A stretch of DNA of 64,000 bases. It comes from Squalus acanthias (taxonomy: Eukaryota). The notes beneath the pieces were generated by a model. It had not been told where the DNA came from, made no database searches, and saw nothing but the letters and a program-made list of their open reading frames with translations. Where the stretch lies: contig CM059434.1 of assembly GCA_030390025.1 (NCBI GenBank), forward strand, positions 111,166,001 through 111,230,000, written 5' to 3'. A program made the position numbers and the translations under genes. This document shows, piece by piece, positions 1 to 11,600 of the stretch (position 1 is its first letter; each line of letters begins with the position of its first letter).

Positions 1-188
1 AAATTTTGAAATTGTGCCCTGTACACCCACTTCCAAGTGATTAATATATACACAAGTAGCTATTCTTCATAGCTGATCTGACATTCCATTAATTCTGTCT
101 GTGAGTTCCCCAATATTAATTTTGTAAATTACAATGACATTTTTAGTGTGAAATGGGCCATTTGGAGAGAAAATTCACAGCTGGTCAA

Positions 189-334
189 GAATGTTCCCTG
201 TAAGCTGCGCTTTGTTCTGCGCGGCCTGTTTCTTTCAGTGTGCGGTCCCTTTAAATTTCCGCGCATGCGCGGTATTTACAATGGAGAAGCCGCTGAGCGG
301 CCTGCGTGGGACCATTCACTTAGAGGGAACATTG
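189..334. mobile_element. Short non-autonomous DNA transposon (MITE), hAT-like termini
   Basis: Inverted ends AATGTTCCCTGTAAG (190-204) and CTTAGAGGGAACATT (319-333), 1 mismatch; CpG-rich interior with central palindrome CCGCGCATGCGCGG (259-272); no clean TSD. Confidence 0.65.
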
Positions 335-1574
335 ATTGTGACATGTATATACAATAAGTACATGAAGAAACACTGCTCTTTTTTGGTCAACGGTTGTCTA
401 ACATGTGTGCAAACCCATCACCAGGCTTAAGGTACACCAAACACAATTATTTAGAAATCCATATAGAGTTTCTGTTTACCTCATATGGAGTACCTGTTCC
501 CTCTCCACCCTTAAGCAACAACTGAGGCTCTGATACACCCAGATGGGCATCGGAATAGCCCTGGAGCTTAACTAGCTAAAACTATGCAGCATATTAGCAT
601 GAGGCTATGCTTCCCACTACTGTCCAGGTAGGATCACCCTAACTCTTAATGCATTGTTTTATAAGATTATCTGGACCTAATTGGAATGATCCCCATCTCC
701 AGTGATAGCTCTATCCTTGCAGGTACCAATCAATGAGCCAGTTAGTTGTTCAATGGTACCCTGCCTTGTTCCATTATCTGATTACCAAATATGTCATAGA
801 TAATGACTCAGTTCAAATCTCCCATTGCCGAGCATGTCATCTTGGTGCCAACCCAATCCTAAAGAGACCTAAAGAGATGCTTACAGAGAAATACTGCTGG
901 GTGACAGGTGTTCTGAAGTCAACCTGATCTGGAATAAGATTATAATTTAGAAAATCCGAACCCAAAGTGTTAATGCTTATGTTCTTTCTTTTTATCTCTA
1001 AAATGCTTGTGCTCAATTTGCAATGGATGAGCTGTGCCTTCAGGTAACAAAAATCCTGCATTACAAAATTAGTGTCTTTAATGCACAAAATCAATCAGGA
1101 TTCCAATAGGAGTAATTCAGATTTACTTGGATTAATCTGAATCACCAGTTGAATCAGAGTTGTTGCGATTAGAATTCAGTTCAGAGTTCATGCCGATTTA
1201 CAAATCACCACTGCTGAATAGCCTGATGGCACCATTCATTGAAAATCCAGTGTGAACCACCAGAGTGGTAGGATGCAGATTTGAGCTATTAATTGTCCAT
1301 ATTCTGAGCTCCTGATTTTGGCCATTTCACTATGGGGAAGCACTGTGTGAGATCAGGCAATTCCCTGCCTAGGAGAATGGGAGGGCATGTTAGGCTAGGC
1401 AACTCTTGCATGCCCTCCAGCAACCAGTTTCAGAGAAGTCTTTGTGCAAGCATGGCACCAAATCTTCCTCTTAGCCGCCATGGTGGTACATTGGGCAGGG
1501 AGTGGGGTGGGGGGTGGGTGGCAGTTGGGCTCAAGCAAACAAATAATACCTTTAAAAATAGTGTGGGGGTGCTT

Positions 1575-1875
1575 CTCCAGTGAATAGTTAAGCCACATAG
1601 ACCAGGAAGCTGCCAGGGTCAATTCCCAGTCTGGATATCAGTCAGGGTAGCACTGCAATTGGCCATGGGTTAAAGAGGGGAAATGAGCCAGGCTTCCTGC
1701 TTCTGATCACCAGTGATCTCTGGTAGAAGTGCATGGGTGGGGATAAGAAAAGTTCTGTTGTGATGCCTCCTACATTGAAATAGCCTACTCTCTGCCAAAG
1801 CTCGAGCATGAATAATGACCACTTGGGCAAGTACTGGAGGGTACCTGTTGCCTATGGATCCTACCCAATAAGGAT
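1575..1875 (+). mobile_element. Old tRNA-derived SINE, unassigned family (copy A)
   Basis: B-box-like GGGTCAATTCCC; motifs ACCAGGAAG, GCAATTGGCC, CTGATCAC, GTGATGCC, AATAGCCT, GTACTGGAGG recur in the same order at about 8255, 20410 (minus) and 23122. Confidence 0.55.
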
Positions 1876-2112
1876 TCAACACCGAAGATTGGTTGAGAAA
1901 CTTTGAGAAAAAGGAAAAAAAGGCGTAACAAATTAAAAATACAATTACAATTGAGCATTACTCCCCGTATAATTGAAGGAAAAAAGTACAAGAATTTCTT
2001 TTAACAAAATAAGGTGAAGATCGTCCATGGGTACAATGCTGCTTGAACTAAAACAGGAGAAATGATGGCAGTTTATTTTCCAAGTTACAACGTGAACAAG
2101 GTTTCCTCTTAC

Positions 2113-2183
2113 CTCCTTGCTCACACAGCTGCTGAACCAGGGCATCCTTGAATATGATTTGACCCCTCTGTGTAGCCGTAGCC
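2113..2183 (-). CDS. RELN: Reelin coding exon equivalent to human exon 4 (71 nt): (M)ATATQRGQIIFKDALVQQLCEQG
   Basis: Acceptor ttttaccag (AG at 2185-2184), donor G|gtaaga (GT at 2112-2111); peptide near-identical to human reelin [23 protein letters not shown]; phase 2 start completes the ATG begun by the previous exon. Confidence 0.97.
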
Positions 2184-2740
2184 CTGGTAAAATAAGATGA
2201 AAGAAAATGTGTAAGTAACAATTTTCTACACCAGCTGATTACTTCCCTCAGCTGATAATGTAAATCAAAATATAACATTGGTAGGTACTATGCTTAAGGT
2301 TCATTGACCAAGATTGCACACCCCACCTCCCCATATGTAGTCAATAGAAAAAAATGCATCCATCCTTGAAGTAGTGCAGAGAGGGAATTTTGAACTGCCT
2401 CTGATTTACACCTGACCTGCAGATGCTTCTTTGTGACCATTGAGGGGCAAGAGTAAGAGTGGTTCATTTCTCAGCATGGCTTATTATGGACAAAAGACTA
2501 AAGTTGCATAGAACTATTAGCAATGAAAAGTATAATCAAATGCATCCTAACAATCTTACTACTGAACAAGATGGCTGCGATGATATATTATATTTCTTCT
2601 CTAGATTGGGACACTGCAAATTGGTAAGCTGGGAACTGACTAGAGTGAAATGATTTGGCATATCGAAATGAGGGTCCCTGTAGAGATTAATCCAGTAACC
2701 ACAAGCATATAAGCTAGCAGGCAGCATGCTTCTCAGTTTT

Positions 2741-2784
2741 TGTGCGCGTGCATATATATGTGTGCGTGTGCGTGTGCGCGTGTG
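2741..2784. repeat. Mixed (TG/CG/TA)n dinucleotide microsatellite
   Basis: tgtgcgcgtgcatatatatgtgtgcgtgtgcgtgtgcgcgtgtg, alternating purine-pyrimidine. Confidence 0.85.
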
Positions 2785-3323
2785 ATTTCTCTAGCCACTT
2801 TGCACTTTTCATTTGTACATTCCCCACTTCTTCAGTTCTGATTTGCTGCTTTTTTTTTAAACACTGAGCCAATCAACAAAGTACGATGATGAAAATGTGA
2901 CATTAGAGGAAATAAGAGTTAGACAACAGGAAGTGTGCACAGATACAGCTTTTAATATATAGATTATGGATTCCTTACTCCAAAGACCTGTCACTTTTCT
3001 TTGAAGTTTTTCTCAATTAAGTAATTTGATAATTGAGCATTATTGAAAGAAAACACAAAATCTTTACCTTATCTGAAAGTACATCATATTTATCCCCTTC
3101 AAACAATGGATATGATTAAATAGGCAGATTTCAGGGAAACGACTGATCTGAAACTACAGGTTTTTATGAATTTCAATATTTTATAACAAAACACAAACAT
3201 TCCACATCTAACTGAGCTATGCGTAGCTACTGAGCATTTTCAAATGGTCTTTAAATAAACATTAACTGATACCCTTTTAAAGATTTCAGTTCAAAAGTGG
3301 CTGGTCTCTTGAATCATAGGCCG

Positions 3324-3469
3324 GGAATTTCCTTGGGGCTTCTTCCTCTCCGCCACTGTGACTTTGGCGGAAGTTCAGTGGAAACCCCATTTACGAGCAT
3401 AAACGGGATTTCTGACGAACCTCCACCAAAGTTACGGCAGCGAAGAGGAAGAAGTCCTGAGGAAATTCC
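3324..3469. mobile_element. Palindromic MITE (whole element an imperfect inverted repeat)
   Basis: GGAATTTCCT..CTTCTTCCTCT..CTTTGGCGGAAGTTC..GAAACCCC pairs with GGGATTTC..GAACCTCCACCAAAG..AGAGGAAGAAG..AGGAAATTCC; ORFs on the two strands are near mirror images. Confidence 0.8.
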
Positions 3470-4984
3470 AATGGTAGATTTCTGAAAGCTAATGTTTCCA
3501 CAGGGGTACACATTAATAATGGCTCCAGCCTGAACAGAATCTTCTTGTATACAGAATCACCAGTCTTTGCTCACTGTAGGAACCCACTTGTAAGCTCTCA
3601 TTAATTATTTAACAGTCGGCCATTATTTCTAACCACTATTTATAGAGAAGTCCACAAATAATAATTACTTCAAAGAGCTGTTTGGATAATTACAATAACA
3701 CACAATAGTTTAGGATGGCAGGGCTGGTTATTTATGCTGGTTAGATTCTTGGATATGAACAATTAACTGATTAACAGTGATAATTATCACAGTGGGCATG
3801 CCAGCTGCAAAACAGCAAAGAAAAGAAAAATGATCCTTATTCGTTTATTCAACAACGCAGATCGCCATAGTGACAAGCAGTGGGAATTCTGGGCCTCAAC
3901 TAAACTCTGTAAAATGTACTATGTAAAAGGTACATATACAGAACAAATATGTACTTAATATACATCACAAACCTAGGGACAGTCACATTGTGGACATGTG
4001 CAGAATGTCATATAAAGAGAAAAGTAAATATATTACATTTTGGTAATTAAACTTTTGTTCTTAGTTTATTGCTACAAATGGAAAGTGCTGTTTCAAATTC
4101 ATGTTGCACTCATCTATTTTCTAATATTTGGCAACCGGTTTGAGTAGTACTTGAGTTTCATCAAAACCAAATGTTGAAACACAGAATAAGAAGCATATGT
4201 TGCTATGGAGGGTGACTGAGATTACCCATGTACGAATAGTACCTCTTAATCTATCTCCCCTTCTCTCCTACTCTTTTTTTTAATTCAAGGTGGTGTCTGC
4301 ACTATTGACCTATACTTTTGAATAATAAAGCAAACTGAAAAGATACAAAAACCTTCAGTCAAACATTTGAATTATTAAGGCACTATCTGAGGACCACCAG
4401 ATCTTGCATAGGGGAACAGTACTAATGTATCAGTGTGTTGGGATTTACAAATGCATTCATATCAAGGTCAAATCTCAGAATTCCATCAAAAAACTACGTC
4501 TCTTAACTCCTGTGATTTTCTAAATGACAGGATACTGCACTTTTGTCTCATTCATGGCTTTTGCACATGCTGGAATAGAATGATTTTTTAGGAATGTTGA
4601 GGTCAGACTTCCACTGTAAGTTCTTTAAAAATCAGCAGCCTTGTCACAATGGAGCTGCGAGTTGCTTTCTGTTTGAGTTACATCAATGAATGATCCAGAG
4701 TCAGCATTGGTAAAAAATCCTCGATTTTGCTTCACACTAAATTACTGAAGTGACAGAAAACAGTGAACATTGTGCAGCACAATTGGAGAACTATTTGGCA
4801 AAAGTATAGGTTTCAGCATAATTTATATCATCCAGCCTTGTATTTCTAAACAAATGAAAAAAGATTTGCCAAACATTTTTTCATGCTAGCAGTGCCCCTT
4901 TAATTCTGATAGCCGTTAAGAGCATTCTAAGATTACTTTTTTTATCAGTACTGTCATAGACATCGATGGATTGTAACACAGTTG

Positions 4985-5145
4985 TCTACTAATGGCTGCA
5001 GTGACTGAATCCGCAGGCTTTTCTCTGTGATAGGCGTCTGTGAGCTGATTAAAGCTGTGGCCATCAACTCATGCTTTAATCAGCTCACAGTCGCCCTAAT
5101 CCACTACAGAACCTGCATCTTTAGATATCATAGCTACATGTAGGA
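4985..5145. repeat. Long hairpin / decayed palindromic element
   Basis: Perfect 18-bp stem 5038-5055 / 5073-5090, 17-nt loop, extended by GGCG/CGCC and weaker outer arms. Confidence 0.7.
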
Positions 5146-5506
5146 GCATCGTAACTGGCAGCATAGAACAGGTCTCTCCTCAATAGGTGCCGATTATCTC
5201 AATCAGCACTGTCGAACAAAGGCTGTAAAATTTCTGCCTAACATTTCACTGCATTATCATGTATGCTTTCTTTGTCAATCAGATTGCACCCTTTCATCAA
5301 TCTATATACTAATATCCAATTTTATACTTGAATTGTGATATGAAAGCTAAAGGAGTAACATTATACACAATGACTACATTGGTACTATCCTATACTGGTA
5401 GTGTAACATTGTGACATCAAATTAGTACAGCACTTGTACCACACTGGTATTATACTACACTACATTAATACAACACATGAGTCTGATTAAGTTGTTGAAG
5501 GTTTAT

Positions 5507-5837
5507 GAAAAGAACAAATTTGTATTACATAGTACCTTATCACAAACAGAAAGGAGATGAATGATCAATTAATTGGTTTTTGGAGGTGTTGATTGAGGAC
5601 ATTGGGAGAGCTCCCTTCAAACAGTGCCATGGGATCTTTTACGTCCACCTGTACAACAGGAACAGGCAGATGGGACCTCAGTTTAACATCTCATCTGAAG
5701 GATGGCTTCTCCAACAATGCAGCATTCCCTTAGTACTGCAATGAAATGTCTGCTGAGATAATGTGCTTAAGTTTTTCAGCGGGACTCTCAACCTTCTGAT
5801 TCATACGCTACAGTGCTACCAATTGAATCCAGCTGAT
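5507..5837 (-). mobile_element. Deu-domain tRNA-derived SINE (SacSINE1-like)
   Basis: Reverse complement of Deu-core motifs (GTGCCATGGGATCTTTTACGTCCACCTG, TTTAACATCTCATCTGAA); matches copies at 26030, 33835, 52722, 56578. Confidence 0.75.
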
Positions 5838-6302
5838 GCTATAGCTCATTGAGGCTATTACTAGACTTTACTAAGAATGTACCATTTAAAGTACTTACTC
5901 TGACACTAAAGCATTGATGTTGGGGTACATATATTCCAATCCTGACATTACAGGAATTGCACAGGAGTAAACACACCACATTACTAGTACTTACCCTCCA
6001 ATAAAGAATTAATACCTTTATTTAAGGCTTTAAAATGAATATCTCCACCTGTTAGCAGCATACTATAGCTCAATGCTTGACATTCAAGGAACAAGAGATA
6101 TGAAGTTATGTGAATCAGTTGCTTCACATTTCAGGTCTTATTCATTTAACAGAGGACAGACTTCTGTTTGGCTTATTGAATGTTGGTTTTCTGTTATTTG
6201 CAGCACTTGACTGTATGGGAGGGATGGCAATGTGTAATACTTCATGTCCTACCACGACAGGGAAAGGATATTCATTCATAACACAAATAAGCTGCAGTTA
6301 TA

Positions 6303-6981
6303 TAAGACCGCATCTGGAATACTGCATACAGTTTTGGTGTCCATACTTAAGAAAAGACATACTTGCTCTCGAGGCAGTACAAAGAAGGTTCACTCGGTTA
6401 ATCCCCGGGATGAGGGGGTGGACATACGAGGAGAGGTTGAGTAGATTGGGACTCTACTCATTGGAGTTCAGAAGAATGAGAGGCGATCTTATTGAAACAT
6501 ATAAGATTGTGAAGGGGCTTGATCGGGTGGATGCGGTAAGGATGTTCCCAAGGATGGGTGAAACTAGAACTAGGGGGCATAATCTTAGAATAAGGGGCTG
6601 CTCTTTCAAAACTGAGATGAGGAGAAACTTCTTCACTCAGAGGGTAGTAGGTCTGTGGAATTTGCTGCCCCAGGAAGCTGTGGAAGCTACATCATTAAAT
6701 AAATTTAAAACAGAAATAGACAGTTTCCTAGAAGTAAAGGGAATTAGGGGTTACGGGGAGCGGGCAGGAAATTGGACATGAGGCTGAGTTCGGATCGGTC
6801 GAGGCCCTGTGGGTGGCGTAGCGGGCCCAGGGGCTGAGTGGCCGGGTCCTGCTCCTACTTCTTGTGTTCTTTAGATTTGAGGTGAGGATCATTTCAGCCA
6901 TGATCTTGTTGAATGGCGGAGCAGGCTCGAGGGGCCGATTGGCCTACTCCTGCTCCTATTTCTTATGTTCTTATGTTCTTA
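6303..6981 (+). mobile_element. 5'-truncated CR1-clade LINE (ORF2 C-terminus plus 3' UTR), young
   Basis: Open frame RPHLEYCIQFWCPYLRKDILALEAVQRRFTRLIPG...RRMRGDLIETYKI...FFTQRVVGLWNLLP; (TTCTTATG)n tail; possible TTATA target duplication. Confidence 0.93.
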
Positions 6982-7389
6982 TAACATAATCCAGACTCTG
7001 ATCCTTGTCACTCTGCACCTCTGGTCCATTTCCATCTCTGTTACATCTTCCTATCATTTACATTTTGATTTATTTCCAACTCCAGGCCATATATTTGCCT
7101 AATCCTGTTGTATCAACTGCATATATTATTATACCTAATAAATACTATTTTATCATTTAAAAAACAGGGCTACAGACTTAGACCAGAAAGGGACAGCATT
7201 TATGTGCACATATACACAAAGGTCTGCTTACCATTTAAATATTCCTTTATAATTATAATTGTTGTTTCTTTCCAGTAAGGTAAAGATAGGGCTACATTTT
7301 AATTAGCTTCAGAATGATGTTGAAACCGTAACCTTTTAAGTATTAAATAACATTGTCAGTTTTCAAAATAGACAATAGTTCCCAATCAA

Positions 7390-7680
7390 ATTGTAGAAGA
7401 GGGTCCAGAGAAAAGCAACAAGGATGATTCTAGGATTTAGGCTCTAAGTTGTGAGGAAACATTCACAGGAGCTGGACTTGTTATTATCTTGGATTCTGAG
7501 CACAGAACTGGAGAGCATGAACATAAATTAACCAGTTTCAAGTAAGATAAGGGACTAGAAGAAAACTATTGTCCTCACAAAGCAGTGGTTACATGGAACA
7601 GAGTTCCAGCTAAAGCAATTCATGCTTTGTTAGGAAATATCTGTTTGGGATCAAGGTTATAGGCATAAATATAGAGTAAA
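7390..7680 (+). mobile_element. Highly decayed CR1 LINE fragment
   Basis: GAGGGTCCAGAGAAAAGCAACAAGGATGATT (RVQRKATRMI) and later GTGGTTACATGGAACAGAGTTCCA-type CR1 motifs with many indels. Confidence 0.55.
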
Positions 7681-7880
7681 ATGATCAAATACTCTATGGG
7701 ACACAATGGTTACTATACTACTGGGGCAGCAAGCCAAAAATGAATAGTGTAATTGGTTGAATATTCTGGTTTCGGGCTAAGGGAGTACTGAAGAGGTGAT
7801 GGAAACTCAGGTGATGAACGTGCTTAAAGCCATTAATCACAAGTGTGAATTATATGACTGTTCACGTGGACAGTGTATAT

Positions 7881-8098
7881 AAACAGAAAATGCTGGAAAT
7901 ACTCAGCAGGTCAGGCAGCATCTGTGGAGAGGGAAACAGGTTAACTTTTCAGGTCGATGACCTTTTTCTGACAAAAGTTCATTGACTTGAAACGTTAACT
8001 CTGTTTCTCTCGCCATAGATGCTGCTTGACCTGCTTAGTATTCCCAGCATTTTCTGTTTTTATTTCAGATTTCCAGCATCCGCAGTATTTTGTTTTTG
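7881..8098. mobile_element. Penelope-like element remnant arranged as inverted repeat (pLTR-like)
   Basis: AAACAGAAAATGCTGGAAATACTCAGCAGGTCAGGCAGCATCTGTGG... followed by its reverse complement; same sequence at 25531; decayed hammerhead cores at the centre. Confidence 0.75.
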
Positions 8099-8254
8099 TA
8101 CTTATGTAGAATGTTCTCTCAAGAAATTAAATGGATAGGATAAGGTTGATGATCGGATAGTATGCATAGTCAGTGGAAGGAGCAGGCTGATGAGTGAAAA
8201 GCCTTTTCTCATTCCACATGTTCTTATTTGCAAGTGCTTACCTAATGACTCATG

Positions 8255-8600
8255 GGGTAACTGTACTGGTGTAATATTGAGCCATACAGGCAGGAAGATC
8301 TCCGGTTTCATCCCTGGTCTATACCGAGTTGGCTACTGTTCGCCAAGTTTGCTACAATTAGCCTCAGCACCCCAGGTTACAAAGCAGAAAACCTTCCCAT
8401 GATACCACTCCTGCTGGATATGTTCATGTGTCAACATTTGGTGAGGATAGGACCGGACTTGGCTGTGATGCACACATGATCAATCACCTTGCCAACAAGT
8501 CAATGGTCACACATGAACAGCCGCCAATTGGGAAAGGTACTAGAGGGCAACCACTGTCTATGGAACCATGACACTATACTGAGTAAGGAGTCTATGGAAC
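8255..8600 (+). mobile_element. Old tRNA-derived SINE, unassigned family (copy B)
   Basis: Collinear motifs with 1575-1875: CAGGAAGATCTCCGGTTTCATCCCTGGTCT, CAATTAGCCTCAG, GCTGTGATGC, GGTACTAGAGGG, CTATGGAACC. Confidence 0.55.
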
Positions 8601-11600
8601 CAAACTGAGCAAGAAATCGATGGCAGTAGGAGAGGAAAACACATCAAATGTTTTAAATATATTTGTGCAGGAACTGTTACCCAGTGTTACATGTGATCTA
8701 CAGACTTTATCGTGCAAGAGTTAAACGCAAGTGAGAATGGCGGGTTGGGGGTGATCTCACTCATATGTTCCATGGATAGCAGTGAACAAGAATCTAATAT
8801 TGATGCTGTTAATGTCAGTATTGAACAGTGTTAACAAGTCACGAGCAAGTGCAGAGCATGCAGTTTTTTTAAAAGACTATCACACACATAAGCTTCAATT
8901 CATGATTATGGCCAGACAGAATGTTGGAAAGGGTCCTGGTACAGATCATTCTCAGCATCTGTTGGATCTGTGTTTATGACATTTGCCAACAAGAACATCA
9001 GTCACAAGCTGGTTAAAAAAGCGTCATCAACTGTTTTAGATCAATTAGCTGTGTCATATTTGATGATGTACATGTTTTCCCAGCAGGCTCATTATAAATA
9101 CGCCCACCAACTCCCCTTTCTTTTCCCTTGTTCATAGATAGAATAGAAGAAATGAGACATTACAAAATGCAAGGGTTGCAATGTTTTCGCAAAAATAACT
9201 TGGAAAAATTAATTAGGCTTTTTTTCTATCATTATCAAGGAGACGTTTGTGAATGCCAAGCAACATAATCTAAGTTCTGAAACAGCAGAGAATTCAAAAA
9301 GCCCACATGCCTCGCTTTGTGCTGTTCTTCCTGGTAGTGTGTTCACTTCAAATAGAAAAAAAAGTTAAAGGGACAATGTCTTCACAGAAAAGTTTTGGCA
9401 ATCCTCATTTTGCTTAAGGGACTGGAACCAGAAGAATCACGTGTATTCTTATCACGATGATGTCAAATAGAAGTGACACAATAGTGCGTTTTGATGTGAC
9501 TTGTATCATTGCATCATGTGTTAGCAAGAATCAAAAAAGGTTTGCCAAACATTTTTCGCCGAAGACAACCTTCTTTACTGATTAACGCTGAAGAGAAGCT
9601 TACAATTGTTGTGTTCAAGGCTCATTCAGTTGCTGACAGGAATGGGTTGTATGAAATAATGAGTAATTAAAGTTAATAAGAGACTTTCAAGGGGAAGTCC
9701 AGCACCATGCAGCGTGTCATAATACTCTCATTTCAAATAGGGAGTGCCCATTATTAAGACCATTAAACGTCACTCGATAGCCAGGGAAGGGAAGCAGAAA
9801 AACTGTAGTGCAGAAAGTGGATAACCTCCTGAGAAAATGTGGCAGGATTCATCTATTAATATTCTTCTAAACATTTCTGCTCTGTTTATGATTGCGAGCC
9901 AACGTGTGGTCCACTGCTGAGACTTTTCACCAATTAACTGAGCATTCGATTGCAGCAACTGAAAACACAGCAGTTCTGCCTGGCTGTGTCTTTAATGATT
10001 TTAATAGTCTGTCCCTTTCATTTTTTGCACATGGGTCATTATAAATGACAACTACAAAGAAGAGACTGGTGGCGCCAGTAATCACTGGCAGTCACCACAC
10101 GACTTTTCACCTGCTTTGCTGTAGAGTTTAAGCGAGAACAGACATCGGTGACAGAGATAACAAAGGGCACAGTTAAACCCTTTTACCTTCTTAATTTCAT
10201 TTTTATCTTTCGGAACAGTAAAACGGTTTTAACAACTGATGATATTCCCCCCAAAAATTGTAAATCTCTACCTTTTTAATGTTTGACCTATTCCTGAACG
10301 GACTGTACATAAATTTGAATAGCTGTTCCCCTTGCCTAGGCTTAGACCATAGTTGCTCCTCTGTATAATAAAGATCAATGTAAGCTCTGCTATTTATGGG
10401 TCCATTCCCTTTCTCTCCTGCTTTCCTCCTCAACTTTGTAACCAGGACAAAGGTTGATTCTACATTTTAATTTTTTTAATCAGTTAGCAAAAACAAGGAT
10501 AACACCACAGAGCGATATTACCAGTAGCATCAGATCTGCCACATACCACCTCCAAAGGGTCATAAGCAACAGCATCAGAACTGCCTTACAGAGTATTACC
10601 TACCGCACTGGGTTAATGCTACTGCACTCTCCAATCAGGCACATCAGGGCTGGATAAAATGAAAAGCTCCCTTAACTTTGATCTAACAACAGGAGCAGAT
10701 TTCCTCTGAGCTCTATGTGTTAGCGACATCGTAAACATGCTCGTTAAAATAACAAACATAGGAAATCTTCTGACTAGGTTTACAATGTCACTAACACATA
10801 GCAACCATAAGATATTATGCATCAATACAAAGCTGAAACTCCATTGCAACATCACACAATTCAAATTTTGAAACCATTTCACAGACCTTTGGTTTCACAC
10901 AGCCTACAGTGTAACTGCAACTGGTGCAAAATGAACTTTTTAAATGTTAAGCTTTCCCCCCACCTTTTTAATAGAGGATTAGTGACAACGTAAATTCATA
11001 CTAGACTGAACAAAATGAAGGGGGAGGGGGGTAAATCTTGTAGTGTGAATGGGACTCTTGATTGTCTAGTGGCTGGAGCCGATAGTGGCGAGAGGTGGTA
11101 AAACCCAGTGCTATTGCTAGTAATTGACAAATTGTAGAAAATCCTTTTAAACTTATTATGGTCCAGTCAGAATCACATGTGGCAATGGTTACAGTTCATA
11201 TAGCGGATTAACAGTGTGCTCTGATCATGTCCATCTGCTGCACCAAAACAGCTATATCTCAAATCTCAAGATGTTTTTTGGGAAACACATCTCCCATCAG
11301 ATAAATTCTTGCCCTCTTGTAGTCAATATTTCTTTTCAGTTTATTTGGACTGAACTGGAGAATGCATTGTATATTTTTAGGGAAAACAGTAATGTGAGGT
11401 GAGAGAGTTTTGGTCATCTGTGAGTTTCAGCAGACTCTGAGTTAGTGCTAAAGTGGAGCGATGCAGAGGGCCCGTTATATGATTGATGGTCGCACCGCTG
11501 GTTAGAATATCCACAAAACTATGGGAAAAATGACGACACTAGAGAGCTCAGCCAAAAACGGGCAAAAGGGAATAATTATTTTTATTTCAACAGGAGAAAA

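Noticed and set aside
1-2112. RELN exon 5
   Set aside because: No minus-strand segment encoding an APT..HPHL-like peptide between AG and GT was found by eye; probably left of the window
3297-3511. Pair of similar ORFs on opposite strands
   Set aside because: Artefact of the DNA palindrome at 3324-3469
6110-6781. 223-aa ORF as a host gene
   Set aside because: The C-terminal 160 aa is CR1 ORF2; the N-terminal part is chance read-through of intron from a GTG
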